Source of the DNA: Blasia pusilla
Lineage: Eukaryota
Reading direction: 5' to 3'
DNA length: 64,000 nucleotides
Assembly: GCA_050084515.1 (NCBI GenBank)
Contig: CM114271.1
Coordinates: 28,148,001 to 28,212,000 of the forward strand
Part shown: positions 62,436 through 64,000 of the stretch, in pieces
Layout: every line of letters begins with the position of its first letter
Position numbering within the stretch: position 1 is the stretch's first letter
Program-made: the position numbers and the translations under genes
Notes under the pieces: generated by a model
What the model was told of the DNA's origin: nothing
Databases searched by the model: none
What the model saw: the letters and a program-made list of their open reading frames with translations, nothing else

Positions 62436-64000
62436 GTGGAAGGTACGGAAGACATAATAGGTAAGACGGTCCAGCCAGTGACCTTGGACCGTAAAGTATG
62501 GAATCTCCTACCTATCGCAAATGGTCAATACAGAGTTTACGGCCTGCCCCTGAATTCATCTGTTTCCCAAGTAGACGGTCTAGAATTTCCTAGTGCTCCG
62601 AGCTCTACGTTTGCAACTCCAAGCTCTGCAGATCCGGCTTCGACTCCAACTTTGCACACTCGTAACAATGTTGTTCTTCCTGAAGAGATTCCGGATGTTA
62701 TCAACCTCAGCGGATTTGTCGGACACCAATCGGGCCCTATGTCCGCCTACTCGTTCCTCTTGTGATTATCAGGCAATAGTTTGCTCGTCTCTGCCCTTGA
62801 AAATGTTCAAGCACATTCTTGTCGATTTAGCCGCCACCCCGCATTTACGATGGTAATTGCATTTTTGAGTTGCCTCCACTTGTCGCTGCTCCTGCTCAAA
62901 AGAAGGATGGAGGCGCTGAAGGGTATGGGATGTAAAGTCTGATTGTCATCGATGGTGCAGGCTTCAACGGACAAAGTGCTTCCATCCCGATGGTCCTTGG
63001 ATTGTCTCCCGCCGCCAATGCGTGGGAGCCTTGGAGTGTAGAAGTCCAAAGCATGCCCGTATCTAGAGCGCAACGGGCGAGTCAATACGCCATAATTCCC
63101 CCAAGAATGCAGAAACTCCATACGAGGTGGGTGCCACAATACGCCGGGAGGCCATCGATGTCCTCATTGTCGCACGCCTTCGTTGGAGCGTGTCCCTGCA
63201 TACATATTTTTCATTGTCCATGACTTGGGCTCCACGCCGAGTATACAAGGTCGGGCGGTTCATGTTGGCTCCCACACTCATCCCGTGACCGATGCAATTC
63301 AAAGACACATCAAGGAGGATGTGGCGAAGAAAGTAGCCGAGGTCTTTGAAACTCTCCGGGTTCAAAGCCTGGGGTGATCAAGCTCACAACGGCATCACAA
63401 ATTTGTGAACAATTGCTTGGAATCCCTGGATAGGGCGAGATCACGCCGGTTGAGGAGAAACAACTCTAGGAAAATCTCGCATTTCTCGCTGATCCTGAAT
63501 GCTTCTGGAATTTGCTACGCCGATACTGAGTTCGATGGAAAGACGGCCGAAATGGATGCCATCGCGTAATCAAGGCCAACTCCAGATTTCCATTCATTCA
63601 GAGATGGCGTTCATGGGCCAAGGAGGCGAGGGATCCAGGGCCTATGTCTTCAAAATGTCAACCACAGGTTCCTCGAGTGGCCTTGATCTTATAGATCGAA
63701 TGAGGGAAGGGAAAGATCTTTACGGGAGCTGGGTCAGCTTTGATATTTGCTCAGAGTCTTTGAACGGATGGTTGACGATGGGTGCTCACGTTTATGACCA
63801 TGTGGAGAAGGGACTCAAAACTATATTTGTGTGTGAAGTAAAGCGTAAGATGTTGGCGGTTTGAAGATGTCTTTGGATACTCTTATTGGAGGTGGTGAAG
63901 GAAAACAAAAGGCCACCTCCGGAAATTTATGGGTTCATGGCGGATAATGCACAACCTGGGTGGATTGCTATCCGGGAAGTGTTGGGTGGAGAGGTTCAAC
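62436..64000 (+). pseudogene. Mutator-like (MULE) DDE transposase, disrupted as assembled and truncated by the window end
   Basis: Cys/His motifs (CVGALEC, HVGSHTHPV), then YVFKMS...GLDLIDRM...WVSFD...WLTMGAHVYD...IFVCEVK and YGFMADNAQPGWIAIREV. The FD and MAD acidic motifs fit the first two MULE catalytic aspartates; the family assignment is from memory. Confidence 0.6.

Larger units (their letters stand above)
54370..64000. mobile_element. large CpG-rich DNA transposon, putatively Mutator-like (MULE), with cargo genes; runs off the right end of the window
   Basis: Abrupt switch to CpG-rich sequence, one palindromic motif family spread over ~54.7-62.0 kb, a transposase-like gene at the right and a divergent cargo gene. 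The left boundary is approximate and no TIR or TSD was confirmed. Confidence 0.55.

Noticed and set aside
54370-64000. Bacterial contamination or a recent bacterial insert, suggested by the GC shift and MTase motifs
   Set aside because: Spliceosomal-type intron boundaries, TATA boxes and a eukaryote-type transposase are present; there is no operon-like gene packing.
1-64000. tRNA or rRNA genes
   Set aside because: None recognised by eye; tRNAscan-SE and Infernal would be needed to exclude them.

Overview
Eukaryotic land-plant nuclear DNA, possibly a bryophyte or liverwort judging by gene style and transposon families (inference). It holds two intact spliced host genes pointing away from each other: a 20-exon importin-4/IMB4-type karyopherin-beta (minus, 3926-17925, 1053 aa, with two U12-like introns) and a 14-exon plastid chaperonin-60 beta (plus, 39770-44557, 615 aa). 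The rest is largely transposon-derived: a hAT 3' end, intronic LINE fragments, several decayed Helitron copies (Rep motifs, PIF1 helicase and a shared accessory gene) with nested solo LTRs, and a decayed Ty1/copia element. The most unusual part is ~54.4-64 kb, a CpG-rich, putatively Mutator-like (MULE) element. Divergent from its transposase it carries a spliced gene whose fragments read as a ParB/Srx-like domain (DGNH[R]xxAW) fused to a beta-class N4C/N6A DNA amino-methyltransferase-like domain (VDLLIADLP ... LIELCSRPGDLVFD). Its introns and promoter region are packed with a 25-bp palindrome, CAACCCGTCGGAGTCCGACGGGTTG. All calls were read by eye; no database searches were run.
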